A DNA stretch of 64,000 nt from Octopus sinensis (Eukaryota), in NCBI RefSeq assembly GCF_006345805.1, contig NC_043004.1:90086001-90150000 (forward strand). Direction: 5' to 3'. Numbering within the stretch: the first letter of the stretch is position 1; each line of letters opens with the position of its first letter. Shown in pieces: positions 51,821 to 64,000 of the stretch. Made by a program: the position numbers and the translations under genes. The notes under the pieces were generated by a model. The model saw only the letters and a list, made by a program, of their open reading frames with translations. It was not told where the DNA came from and did no database searches.

Positions 51821-52040
51821 ACTGAAGACTTTGCTTTCTCCTTTTTATATTCTCGTTTAAACAGGTTCTTTCACTCGCAACATACTTGCTATAGACTTCC
51901 ATCTTTTACGAAACACATTTTGCGACAGGCATTTCTTCTTCAGCCTTATTTTCCGTTTCATGTGGAAAACGAAAAAGTCAGAGAGAGAGAGAGAGAGTAT
52001 GAGTGGGAGAGAAAGAGTAAAAAGAAAAATTGTACACACC
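51821..52040 (-). other. Candidate non-coding 5' exon of UBE2E (distal)
   Basis: Donor AGT|GTGAGT at 51821/51820, preceded by a CT-rich leader-like sequence. Upper boundary approximate. Confidence 0.3.
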
Positions 52041-52244
52041 TCTCTATTGTAAGATTAAGCTTTCAATGAATAAAGTATGCCTCGGGAGTGTCATTGATTA
52101 CTAAGAAATCTGTTTAATTTATTGTCGATTAAATATAATGTCTATTGACTCACACAACAATCAACAGCTATCTGTTTCTGGGCCATCGCTATCTCCATAG
52201 AGACATTCATTGCTAGTGACAGTTATCGCGGGACAGATTAAATA

Positions 52245-53037
52245 TAGGGCGTTCAGGTTAAATTTGACAGTTTGCATTATAAGGAAACGAAAACACAATA
52301 TCCTGTTCAAAGATAAAAGCATTAAAAAAAAATCGAGATAACAGTTTATTCAAAGTAGCCGCCCTTAGGTTCCACCCTGACCTCAAGACGGCTCCAAAAT
52401 ATGACTGACTGTATTACTGGAAAGACCTTTGAATACCTCCTTGATCTTGGTAACCAGCACGGCCTTAGTATTGCAAGGAGGGCGGTTGGTGTCTTTTTCA
52501 ACCGTGCCCCACACATAGTCATCCTTGGGATTACAATAGGGAGAAATAGGTGACAAGAAATTGGGACTGGTGAAGTCATAGAAATTCTCCGACAACCACT
52601 TCTGACTCTTTCTGGAGGTATAGCAAAGAGCTGCTTTCTAGCAGCGCCGTCTCCAACCAAGGATTGACCATAGTCACCAGCAGCTTCTCATAGCTGTCTA
52701 AGGTCCTGTTCAAATATGTAGGGACGAATTCCGGAGTGCAGACGCAATCAGAACGTCTGCTGGTCATGGGTTCGTAGTCTCCATTCCGACTGTCCATGTC
52801 ACGTCTTACTGCCTTCACAGTGTTCACAGAGCGTTGAGCAGCAGTCACGATGTTGGCATTTTGATACCTGACGCGAATCATCATAATATAGGTAAACTTT
52901 TTCCAGCCCTCCATATCAGCTAACTTTTTTTCATCTACAACTTTAATCCTTAGGCACTCCAGCATCGTCACCAATACATTAAGCTGTTCTTGAAAAAAGG
53001 AGACTTTAAAAAATCGTTTAATTTAGCCCGAACACTG
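52245..53037 (-). mobile_element. Internally deleted mariner-like element (same family as 45803)
   Basis: TIR tagggcgttcaggttaaatttgacag; SPYCNPKDDYVWGTVEKDTN peptide. Confidence 0.8.
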
Positions 53038-55109
53038 TTAGTACCAACTGAACCCTGGGGATTGATGTAATCGATTAGTCCCTACACCTAAAATTACTGA
53101 CCTTGTGCTAAACTCTGAAATCATTAATAATACCACTTTTTTTTTTGTCTTGATTATTATTTCCACTCTTACAGTAACACAAGACGGTGTCACTCATATA
53201 TCTGGTCGTTTAAGTTGTCCTTGTTGGGGCAATTAACTTAACCGCATTCATCCACTAGTTCCACCAATTATGACTAACATGTTCAGTAATCAGTTGTAAT
53301 AACTAGTTGAGAAACAATTACCTCCAACAATGTTTATTAATAAGTCTAAACATTTTATAGACCATATTTGCCGGCGTATAAGAGGCACCCTCGCATAAGA
53401 GGCTCTCCTATTTTACAAGTGTTTTGTGGAAAAAAACAAACTTAGTATGCTTCATCATACATTTATCGAAAGATACTTTTATCCGATATCTGGTTGTGCT
53501 GCTTGCATGAATTTCTGTGACTCTCTGTCGCCATCGAATTCTATCCACGCAACGAGCGATTTAGTATGAATTTGAATTGGGATCTGGAGTCATAGTGAAT
53601 CTTTCATTAGCTAATTACACTACCATGGATGCCACCCCTACAGATGCGTTGCAGTTACTCTCATAATAGAGCTTAGTGATTCTGACCGTTGATCTTCAAG
53701 AATTCTTCCGCTCAGCACCAATGTAAGAATGTTGGCTCAGTTGAGCTCTTCTGACGCCTCTTCACAATCCTCCGTATTGCAGTCCCATGACTTCGCTGTA
53801 TTCCTGGCAGGGTGGCTGAACAAGTGCTATACCTTGCTAAAGGGTAGACCGTAACAATGCAAGGAACGGTCGTCACTCCGTGGGATATTTTCTGAGAAAC
53901 TGCATACACATTGTCTAGTATTCATGGGTAATATACTTTAAAGTGATTTTGTAGGATGCAAACATTGTATTTCTGGCTGTGATGCTTTATATAATCGCGA
54001 TCAGCCAGTAGGGTGACTCACAATCGCTATGGTTTTGTCGTCTTCCACTGATTACAAATACCTGACAGGTAGATGAAATTTTGTTAACATTACTTTAATC
54101 TTTCTAGAACTTTTCATTTAAACAATTAAAAAATCTTTCTTAAATGTAATAGATCCATTAAATAATGTAACACAGCTGGGCAAGGAGGTATAACGAGATG
54201 ATGTGACTTACCCACATAACTGCCAAGTTTTCCTAGTTGTACTAACAGGGTAAGATATTTTGGCTTGTTTTCAATACTTTATTACTAATAACAATCATTG
54301 TACATAGGAGACTTATGCTTATGCGGCTCCCTAGGATTACAAAATCCATTTCAATAGATTCTTAACTGAAACGTCCGGTAATTTCAAAATTAAACCGCCA
54401 GAAATAAGTTCTATTTTCTTGCTTCTAATTTTGTAAAATTGAAATTGATCTCACAGGTAATGTTAACCTATTCGACAGGCCACCCGGACGTCGTTCATTC
54501 ACGCCATGTGAGGGGCGTGAGCAGGAGCAGAAGATGGGATTATAATCTTTGAAAATATTTTTCATTTAAATAATTTTTTTTTTCCGTGTAGTACATTCTA
54601 GAAAATATAGCTTTGATGGGCATTTGTCCACATCCTGTTAATTATCTTCTGAGATAAAACGTATACGTTTCTGTTTTCCCGAGGCCCGAGGGGCTTATAA
54701 GAGCCAAGCCTAGTTCCAGTTTAATTTCTTAAAATATGGAGTTAGGATCAAAGTGATATGAAGCAAATATCCTCCTGGTATTTTTCCTATCGACAATTAA
54801 GCGAATTAAGACAGAATAAAGAGAATTGACATAGAGCTACTAGGATAAAAGATAAATGTCCTATTTGATAAAATGTCAATCTAACGTTCTTATTGAGAGC
54901 TAGATAGACTGATGCAATGTAGAATATTTTGTCCTACATGCATTATAATGTGAAATCCATCGTAGGATGCCCGTATATTACAGGTAACATTGCCATAGTG
55001 AAATGTTAAATCAGATTCGCAATATGACATATGTATGAGCTCCAAGCTTGTAACGTACAAATAGATATGTTAATGCCTTGTCAACTAGTCATTATGTATA
55101 TAAAAGACC

Positions 55110-55422
55110 GGGCGTTGTGAGTGTTTATTGAGCGAAAACACCTAAAGCTCCACGAGGCTCCGGCAGGGGATGGTGGTGATCCCTGCTGTACTCTTTCACC
55201 ACAACTTTCTCTCACTCTTACTTCCTGTTTCTGTTGTACCTGTATTTCAAAGGGCCGGCCTTGTTACTCTCTGTGTCACGCTGAATATCCCCGAGAACTA
55301 CGTTAAGGGTACACGTGTCTGTGGAGTGCTCAGTCACTTACACGTTAATTTCACGAGCAGGCTGTTCCGTTGATTCGGATCAACCGGAACCCTCGTCGTC
55401 GTAACCGACGGAGTGCTTCCAT
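55110..55422 (+). repeat. GC-richer interspersed repeat, family unassigned
   Basis: Compositionally distinct ~310-bp block recognised as a SINE-like repeat; no coding signal. Confidence 0.4.
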
Positions 55423-55810
55423 CATGTATATAAAAATATATGAACACGCTAATATGCGTAATAATCCTTTAATTCTTGTTCAATGTAGTTACAAAATAAA
55501 CTTGTTTTTAAAATATGGGACCTCGTGTGATCTATCCTAAAATGAAGAACCATTCTAACTTCAATTCCTATGGCGGTCAGCTTAATCGTTCAGTCTATAA
55601 GTACCTGTCAAATACTGAACTCGATATAATCGACTGTTCTGACTTAACAACATTTGAGGCTTTGTGTTTTTGTTTGCTATGCTCAAAATCATTAGCTGAC
55701 AGAATCGTTAGCTTGCCAGACAAAATGCTTAGCAGCATTTCATCCGGCTTTACGTTCTGAGTTCAAATTTCGCCAAGGACGATTTTACCTTTCATCATTC
55801 TCGGGTCGAG

Positions 55811-56025
55811 AAACGTTAGCACGCCGGGCGAAACGCTTAGCGGTATTTCGTCTGCCGTTACGTTCTGAGTTCAAATTCCGCCGAGGTCGACTTTGCCTTT
55901 CATCCTTTTGGGGTCGATAAATTAAGTACCAGTTACGCACTGGGGTCGATATTATCGACTTAATACGTTTGTCTGTCCTTGTTTGTCCTCTCTGTGTTTA
56001 GCCCCTTGTGGGTAGTAAAGAAATA
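55811..56025 (+). mobile_element. SINE family B (partial copies also at ~55690-55810 and ~56026-56150)
   Basis: Match to the 11074 copy. Confidence 0.8.
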
Positions 56026-57060
56026 GGTATTTCGTCTGTCTTCATGTTCAAATTCCGTCGGGGTAGACTTTGCTTTCATCCTTTCGGAATCGATAAAATA
56101 AGTACCAGTTGAGTACTGGGGGTCGATATAATCGACTATCTCCCTCCCGCAAATTTCAGACTTTGTGATTATAGCAGAAAGGATTATCATTATTGTTAAA
56201 GCAAAGAAATAGCGCAATCGGTAGGGTACAAAATAAAATCTTACAGTATTGAGTTATGTCCCTTTACGACCTTAATTCAAATCTTGCTATGGTCGACTTT
56301 GCTTTCTTCATTCCAAACTCGTTATATTAATAATAACCTAGCATTGATACTACAAAACATTACCTGATATTTCACTGATTCTAGTAATTTAATACCTTTC
56401 AACCTTATAATTCTAACGATATCTGTTTTATCACGCAGTTTTTCTGTTACCAAATATAAATGCGGATACTTCAGAGTTACTTCCCTTTCATTCCATTTTG
56501 TCGATATGTCGTTTTTTTTGTTTTTTTTTTCTATTTGGTATCTCTCTATTATATGGACAACGTGTGCTTATGTATAGTGTTGCCAACTTGAAATCACAGT
56601 GTACATTTTTACTTATATTCCTTAATTACATTCAGCACTGAGAAATAATTTCTTCAATTTCACTGAATTTTTTCATGTTCAGCTGCAGTTTAGGGGCGTC
56701 TTTATAATCTAAAACTTCTAACAAGAATGCTTCTGCGTAAGATGCATTTGTTCATTTAGCTTTTAGTTAAATTGAATTTCATTTAAAGCGATTTTCTCTT
56801 CATTTAAATACATTGCCTTTAAGACAAGAAAAATTGGCCCACTTAAATGTCTCGAAGTATTCTATTACAGAAAGACATTTGATATTCCTTGGTATAGTGA
56901 AGTTTCTAATATCTTTCTCTCGAGCCTATGGCCTAAATTTGGTTTAAGATTAAGAAGTTTTTTTAATATAAGCATCAGGATCAAGTGGATCAATTATACA
57001 TCTTTTATCTTTCATCTTTTACTTGTTTCAGTCATTACACTACAGCCACGGTGGAATACC

Positions 57061-57291
57061 TATTTCTTTACTACCCACAAGGGGCTAAATACAGAGAGGA
57101 CAAACAAGGACAGACAAACGGATTAAGTCGATTATATCGACCCCAGTGCGTAACTGGTACTTATTTAATCGACCCCGAAAGGATGAAAGGCAAAGTCGAC
57201 CTCGGCGGAATTTGAACTTAGAACGTAACGGCAGACGAAATACGGCTACACATTTCGCCCGGCGTGCTAACGTTTCTGCCAGCTCGCCACC
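57061..57291 (-). mobile_element. SINE family B (adjacent degenerate SINE A at ~57330-57565)
   Basis: Reverse-complement match. Confidence 0.85.
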
Positions 57292-58034
57292 TTGAAGAAA
57301 TTTAGTCGAATGAACGGACTTCTTAAGAGTGGAATTATTTCGTCGGTCTTTTTTGCTAAACTGCGAGGTTACAGGCGTAAACACACCACCATTGGTTGTC
57401 AAGTGTGTGTGTGTGTGTGTGACGAGCCTCTTTCAGTTTCCGTCTCCCAAATCCGCTCATACTGCATTAGTTGGCCTCGAGGCTATAGTAGAAGACATTC
57501 GCCCAAAGTGCCGCACAGTGAAACTGAAGCCGGAACCACTTGGTTGGGAAGCAAATTGTTACCACAATACTATCATATTAGCTATAGATTTGATCAAATT
57601 CGAAAGATCTCTAAGTAATTCTGCTTTTTTAACCGTGTTTTATTCAAACAGTTTAGTCGCTTCCTGGATGGGCAAAAATTAAAGGAAAAGTTCGTGCCTA
57701 GAATCAGAAAACACCTGGTGTAGCGTTTGAGCTACTTTTCTTTGGTACTTGTTGTTTGGAAGCGAAATTGTAATTCAAAATATTCGCTTAAAATCTAGAC
57801 GCACAGCAATTCACAATCTTATTGATAGCAAGGTAAAGCTGCTTGTAGGCTCTTTGAGAGAACGTTTATAGGTTTCGGATTCTAAAAGTTCTAAGCTTGT
57901 GGACGGACATTTAGCACAGGTGTAGAATACTGCCAACTGTAAAGAGTGACATACACATCTAAAGAGACCTAACAATAGAACTTTTACTTTCTGGAAAATG
58001 ACTCTAGTTTACATTGATGTTGTCCATTCCTATA

Positions 58035-58258
58035 TATTTCTTTACTACCCACAAGGGGCTAAACATAGAGGGAACAAACAATGACAGACAAAGGGATTAA
58101 GTCGATTACATCGACCCCAGTGCGTAACTGGTACTTAATTTATCGAACCCGAAAGGACGAAAGGCAAAGTCGACCTCGGCAGAATTTGAACCCAGAACGT
58201 GACGGCAAACGAAATACGGCTACGCATTTCACCCGGCGCGCTAACGATTCTGCCAGCT
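58035..58258 (-). mobile_element. SINE family B
   Basis: Reverse-complement match. Confidence 0.85.
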
Positions 58259-58541
58259 AGCCAGCAGATTTTTTTTTTAATGCGGAATCTCTAGTGCTGA
58301 CACGGGTTATCCCCCTTGCACCAGGGCAATGCTGACACGTAAGAATAAATCAGCAATTAGCGGCAGTACTAAAATTTGGTTGCAAAATACTTTTCGAAAA
58401 AAGGGAAGAAACACAGAAGCAGAAAAAAGAACAAAAAGAGAAGAAAAACTGGTATCAATGCTGAAAAATACTTAATATATTTTTTTCAAATTGCTATTTT
58501 CCCTGCAGGTTGCAGGGCAGCGACCCGCCGCTGCCGGTTTC

Positions 58542-59122
58542 GAACGTGAGCCGGGCTTAGACCGTCGTGAGACAGGTTAGCTGTATCCTACCGATGCATC
58601 GCACGAATGCGGCGCCCCGAATCGCGTCTGGAGCTCGGTGCGCGGTAGTGGCGGCGCGTTCGCGCGTCGTCCGTCGCTGACGCCGACCTTAGGCGGGCGC
58701 CGGAAACCTCAACTCGGCTATCCTGTCTAGTACGAGAGGAAACGTGGGATTTGCGCTCTCACCCGATAGAATGGTGGTGCCAGGCTACCTCTGAGCAATA
58801 ACGGCTGAAGACTTCTAAACCGGAAATGTAGCCGGAACCGTAGCCGGACCCGAGTTGTTTTACTAAAAGTGTGTCAACTTCAAGGTATATGCCTTAGTTC
58901 GGCGTTCGCCGTCCGTCCGTCCGTCGCGTCCGCGTGGTGAGCGGCAGTGTCGCCGGCAGAATTGCCATTCTGGGACGTCGGTCTCGTTGTCGACGTCCCG
59001 CCCGACTTGAAAGAGATCGAGACGAAAAGGAGGACTCGATTTGCTGTTCGGAGCGACGTGCTTAGTAGAGCAGCTAGCACACTGCGATCTATTGAGTCTC
59101 TTCTCGTGAACGACACGATTCG
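58542..59122 (+). rRNA. Orphan 3'-terminal fragment of 28S rRNA (rDNA pseudogene)
   Basis: Conserved LSU blocks in order: GAACGTGAG...TTAGACCGTCGTGAGACAGGTTAG (58542-), sarcin-ricin loop AGTACGAGAGGA (58729-58740), and 3'-end motif GAGCAGC...CTGCGATCTATTGA (59082-59095)...CGACAC. No other rDNA in the window. Confidence 0.85.
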
Positions 59123-59169
59123 CCCTTTCGGTGCAGCCACACATGAAAAGAAGGAAGGGAGGAGTTAGA

Positions 59170-60077
59170 GATCTTTACCTTTTGACCGGAAGATTTAGAA
59201 AATAATTTTTTGTGACTAAACACTTTCAAACTTCGGACACTGGTAGAATGTGTCATATAAAACATCTTCTACTCTTAGCGTTTTCGAGAAAAGTTTATGT
59301 TTACGAAGTCATTTCGTGTTAAAGTTCTCGTATTTCGGTAATTTCAACCAATCAATGACGTGTATTCAGCTGAATAAAATTAGTGCCGTTGTTTGTCAAC
59401 AACAACTTCAGGCGATGTATATTTCGTTTGTCACTGTTACTTATGACATCGTTCGTGCGTTTGTACTGGTTTTAGCTTTAAGGCTTTAGGGTTAGGGTTA
59501 GAGTTTTAAGGTTAGGGTATTATGGTTAGGGTTTTAGGGTTAGGGTTTTAGAGTTAGGGTTATAATTTTAGGGTTAGGGTTAAGGTTTTAGGGTTGGGGT
59601 TTTAGGGTTAGAGTTACGGGAAAAAAATGAAAAAGGAAGAAATTGGAGGGGTAGGGGTAGGGGGGCAAAAAAGTCCGAAAATAGTAGCTGAAAAGCAGGA
59701 AAAAAAAACTAAAAGCAATAAAAATGCTCGAACGATTATGGTGGTGCCATGAAGTAAACATGCTTCAGATACACTCGTTTATTTATACAAACGTAACTGA
59801 GATGAAATATGTCATAAATAACAGAGACAAACGAAATATACACAGCTGGAAGTTGTTGACAAACAACAGCAATAGTTTTATTCAGCTGAATACACATCAT
59901 TGATTGGTTGAAATTACCGAAATACGACAACTTTAACCCGAAATAACTTCGTAAACATAAACTTTTCTCGAAAACGCTAAGAGTAAAAGATGTTTTATAT
60001 GACACATTCTACCAGTATACGAAGTTTGAAAGTGTTTAGTTACAAAAAATTAGTTTCTAAATCTACCGGTAAAGATC
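59170..60077. mobile_element. Foldback element: ~275-bp inverted arms around a degenerate (TTAGGG)n core (59477-59620)
   Basis: Arms 59170-59449 / 59809-60077, GATCTTT termini; related to the 49953 and 50765 copies. Confidence 0.85.
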
Positions 60078-60548
60078 CTTATTTTTTATTTTTCTCAAAA
60101 AAGAAACAAATTAAGTTGATTGATGACTTTTCCTTTTTCTATTGTTTACATACCTCACAAAAAATATATATATAAAAGAAAAAAATCATTAAAACTTCTG
60201 TTGTTAAATGTTTTGTCATTGTAATATTGTGATCACGTACTAAATGCCAGCTTCCAAATCCTTTTTTCTGATTGGGTGAAAATAACCAAACCTCAAACCT
60301 GAGTAACATTTTCCTAAAAATTTTTCCAAGAACAAGTGAATAACAACATCAAATTCAGCGTGAAAAATTTACATTAATATACCAAATTTGGAAGTTTTGA
60401 CTTAATTTTAAAATTGCAAAAAGTCTGAGCCAAACAAGAAAGCTCCGTTTGGGTGACCACTGTAGAAAATATACATGGAAGAAACAAAGAACAATAAAGT
60501 GTGTGTGTGTGTATGTTTTCTTTATATCTTACCACCAAAAGGTATACC

Positions 60549-60775
60549 TATTTCTTTATTACCCACGAGGGGCTAAACACAGAGAGGACAAACAAGGACA
60601 GACATAGGTATTAAGTCGATTACATCGACCCCAGTGCGAAACTGGTACTTTATTTATCAACCCCGAAAGGATGAAAGTTAAAGTCGACCTTGGCAGAATT
60701 TGAACTCAGAACATAACGACAGACGAAATACCGCTAAGCATTTCGCCCGGCGCGCTAACGTTTCTGCTAGCTCGC
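60549..60775 (-). mobile_element. SINE family B
   Basis: Reverse-complement match. Confidence 0.85.
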
Positions 60776-61149
60776 TGCAGTATACCACAACTGACTTGAG
60801 AGGTTCTCTTAATCGTTGTCAAACAGAACGTATTTACTTCCAAATATTTCAAAATACTAAGTTTGATTGAAATAGTATCACAGAGAAGAAGTAAACAATT
60901 TTCATTTACAACATTCAGAAAAACAAGGTTTGAGATAACAAGTGCTACATGTGTAGTGTTGAGCACATACGAAGTTATTTGTAAAGTCATTTGTGTAATT
61001 AGTAGTGTTTGTGAAATGCAACATGAAGTAAAAGTACTGAGATAAAAGATCAACATGTCAATGGTAAGCTGAGAGAATCAGAATATGGCAAATCGATGTC
61101 TCGTCTGAACAGAAACCTGTTTTATAATGATTAGTTTAAACAAGTAGAA

Positions 61150-62990
61150 AATGACTGACTTCACCGATTTATAACTCTGGCTGGGTTGCATGAAATAAAG
61201 AGAGAGAACGTCCTTGAGTTCTGCTTATATATATTTAATGCATAGCTTAAAGGCAATATCGATCTTGCTGACAATTTCATGCTCTGACCTAGTTCTATTA
61301 AAGGGGACAGGGAGAAACAGACTAACAGAAAGAATGGGCAGTTGTGCATCCGGTTTACATAGTCAGTGCAGGACTGAGAAGTGCTATCTTCTCATTCGTC
61401 CAGTAGGGATTTGCTCTTGTTTGAATGAAAATTTTCGTTATTGCTAAATTGATTACCATTCTAGATCCTGCTTCTACGTTTGGAACTTATTTCTTTGACT
61501 GGTCCAACTTCGAGAAATAGACAGTTTTTATACTTATTTTGGTGTGTTTAGGATGGCATGAACTGAAAAGGAGATACTGTTTTAACTCTGTTGGTTTGTA
61601 GTAGATGTCAGTTGCAATTTGGTTGTTGGATTTTTTTTATAATCAAAATGTCCAAAAATGGAAGTTGTTCCTTACTATATTCCATTGTAAATTGAATATT
61701 GGAGTTTATTATATTGTTCAGTGTGGATTTGAATTCCAGGAGTTTGTCATAGGTTTCATTCCAGATGATAAAACAATCGTCTAGGTACCTTTTCCAGTTT
61801 TCTCTTATATACTGGAACGGGGGTGAGGGCAAATTTTTGCTGCAAAAGTTCATATAGGGTAGATTCAAAGAAACCCATTATTAGGTTTGCAAAGACAGGC
61901 ACTGCTTTTGTTTCCATTACAATACCACATTTTTGGTGGTTGTATGTTGCATTGAATAGGAAGTAATTGTTTTGTAGGATGAACTTCAGGGATTCAATGA
62001 CAAAAGTCTGGTTTGTGCAATCAGGGAGAACTTTGGAGTATTTTTCTAACCAGAACTTTAATGCCTCTATTCCGTAGTCATGTGGAATGTTAGTGTAGAG
62101 GTTGATGACATTGAAGGAGACTAATAGTATTTCTTTGTTGGTGGTTTTGGTAGATGCTCTAGCATGTCCAGATTGTCTTTAATTAAATTTTTAATGTATT
62201 TGAGGAAAGGTTTCAATAGTATGTCTAAAAAGTCGCTTAGGCGGTGTGTTTCACAGGCTGGGCCCACTATAATAGGCCTTAGTTTTAGGTATTCTGATGT
62301 TGGGATATTTATGTTATAGACCTGGATTTGATTTGCAGGCATTAGTAATTATTTGACCCCTGTGGATTTTGGGGAGGCCATAGAAAAGGCTTGGTTTGCA
62401 TTTAAAGTTTGTGATATAGTCTTTTTTTACTTTCTGTGAGGCCTTTTCCATTGTTTGAGTATTAAAGATGCATGATCTTCTAATGTTTTTTGCTGCCAAT
62501 AATTTGCTACTTTTTCATAAAAGAAGTCATTTTCTAGTATGGACAATGCTAGGGTTTTATAGTATTCTGTGTCCATCAGGACAACAGCACTACTTTGTCT
62601 GCTTCTTTGATTGTCAGGTCTTTGTTGTTTCTTTAGCTATAGTAGGTGCTTCCATTGTAGGTTGTTGAAGTTAGGTACAATTTTTGGTTTATAGACAGTG
62701 TGGAGAAAACTCTGGATGCAGTTGCAGAAGTCATCTAGTGTTTTATTCCTTCTTTTGGGTGGTAGATACTTGTATTTTTCACTAGTCATCATTGTTGTAG
62801 TTTGTTAGTGCTTCTGACAATCAAAGTTTTCTACAGAATTCTGCAATATTATCTTTAATTTCATTGAAGTTGGGTCTACATGGGGTGGATATAAATTTAA
62901 ACGTTTAGCTAAAATATGGATTTTTGTTGTGGAGAGAGTTTTCTTAGATAAGTTGATTATTTTGGGACACACTTGGAACATAACTTACGG
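61150..62990 (-). pseudogene. Penelope-like retroelement RT relic
   Basis: KPSLFYGLPKIH; LRPIIVGPACETHRLSDFLDILLKP; WKRYLDDCFIIW...IQFTMEYSKEQLPFLDIL; frameshifted. Confidence 0.85.
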
Positions 62991-64000
62991 GAGAAACCCT
63001 AACCCTTATGGACGTGAAACCCAGACCCCATAAATCGGTCAATCCCATAATAATATTAACTGTTCTTCATCTTAGAGTGTTCTTCTTCTTTGGATTTATG
63101 GTTTTCCACAAACGTTCCATATATATATATATATATAGATTCGATTGGGTCATGGCATAAAAAGTTTTTTCAATTTGACCCCCAATTAAGCAAAAATTCG
63201 AGAAAATTCAATATTTTACGATTTCCCTCTCTCATTTCAAGTGGTTTACTCCTGCTATTACTTCTCCTACTTTCTCTCTGCAAGTGTGCAACAATTAAAG
63301 TGAAAGTATTTATATAACAGGGATGAGCCATTAATACTGGTCATCCTTTTTGCTAGAGGAAGATCCACTATGGTCTTATATACTATATCACTGGTTTTCA
63401 ATTCATATTAATCAAATTAATATTCAATTTTTCACCCTTATTATGTGTGTGTGTGTATTAGCAATTCGCATAAAATTGCATCAATGACTTGAACTTGAAT
63501 AAGTGGTTTCACATAAATGGGGATAAATTAAAAAGGTTTGTTGTTATTATTGTTATTGTTTGACTATTGTAATCACGTTTGTTGGTTCCTCGTCAGGGAA
63601 ACGTTGTTGTGTTGCATTTGTTAAATAATTATAAACCGTAACCCTCCCCCTTTCGGAGAAGGGGCTTTGGTTATTGTTTAAAAATTGAATTGTGTCCCTG
63701 TTTGGGGAAATTGACAATATTTTCACCGTCTTTACGGAAGCATTTTTGTTAAAATGCCTTCGATAGAAGAAAGTACAAAAATGAATTTCGCTGCAGCCGT
63801 ACACTTCTATACAAGAGGGAGGACAAGATCCAATTGATCGAAATTGCAAGAGACAGGCCTACAATTGCAGTCTGTTATATATTTTGAGTATTGTTATCAC
63901 TAGCGATATCAAGATATAACTTTGTATTTTGTATTTTATGTGTAGATGTTTATATATAGATGTACATGTAATGTGTACATATATATATATATATATATAT

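Noticed and set aside
53345-54000. Possible pogo/Tigger relic (TIR-like catatttgccggcgtataag)
   Set aside because: No second TIR or clear transposase motif; too degraded to call.
59477-59620. True telomere or chromosome end
   Set aside because: Short, degenerate and enclosed by the inverted arms of a dispersed element.
63545-63605. Minus-strand CTGACGAG near a PLE-like end
   Set aside because: No GAAA or helix II recoverable by eye.

Overview
AT-rich, (TA)n-microsatellite-laden animal genomic DNA. The repeat families and the divergent 28S fragment look like an octopus/cephalopod; this is inferred from repeat recognition, not a search. The only supported protein-coding gene is a minus-strand class III E2 ubiquitin-conjugating enzyme (UBE2E) with four coding exons (48431/48425-48163, 31639-31589, 26843-26711, 21486-21235) that splice in frame through GT-AG introns. 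The rest is mostly repeats: RTE-type and CR1-type LINE relics, Penelope-like (PLE) relics, Tc1/mariner/pogo/hAT DNA-transposon relics, two tRNA-derived SINE families and long TA arrays. There is also an orphan ~580-nt 3'-terminal 28S rRNA fragment and a foldback element with a TTAGGG-like core. The main find is about ten minimal type-I hammerhead-ribozyme folds from several repeat families, mostly in inverted or direct repeat units. Two unrelated families share a non-canonical CCGANGA core (U4->C), and the copies on the UBE2E pre-mRNA strand are the more damaged ones. All coordinates and folds were read by eye, and repeat boundaries are approximate.
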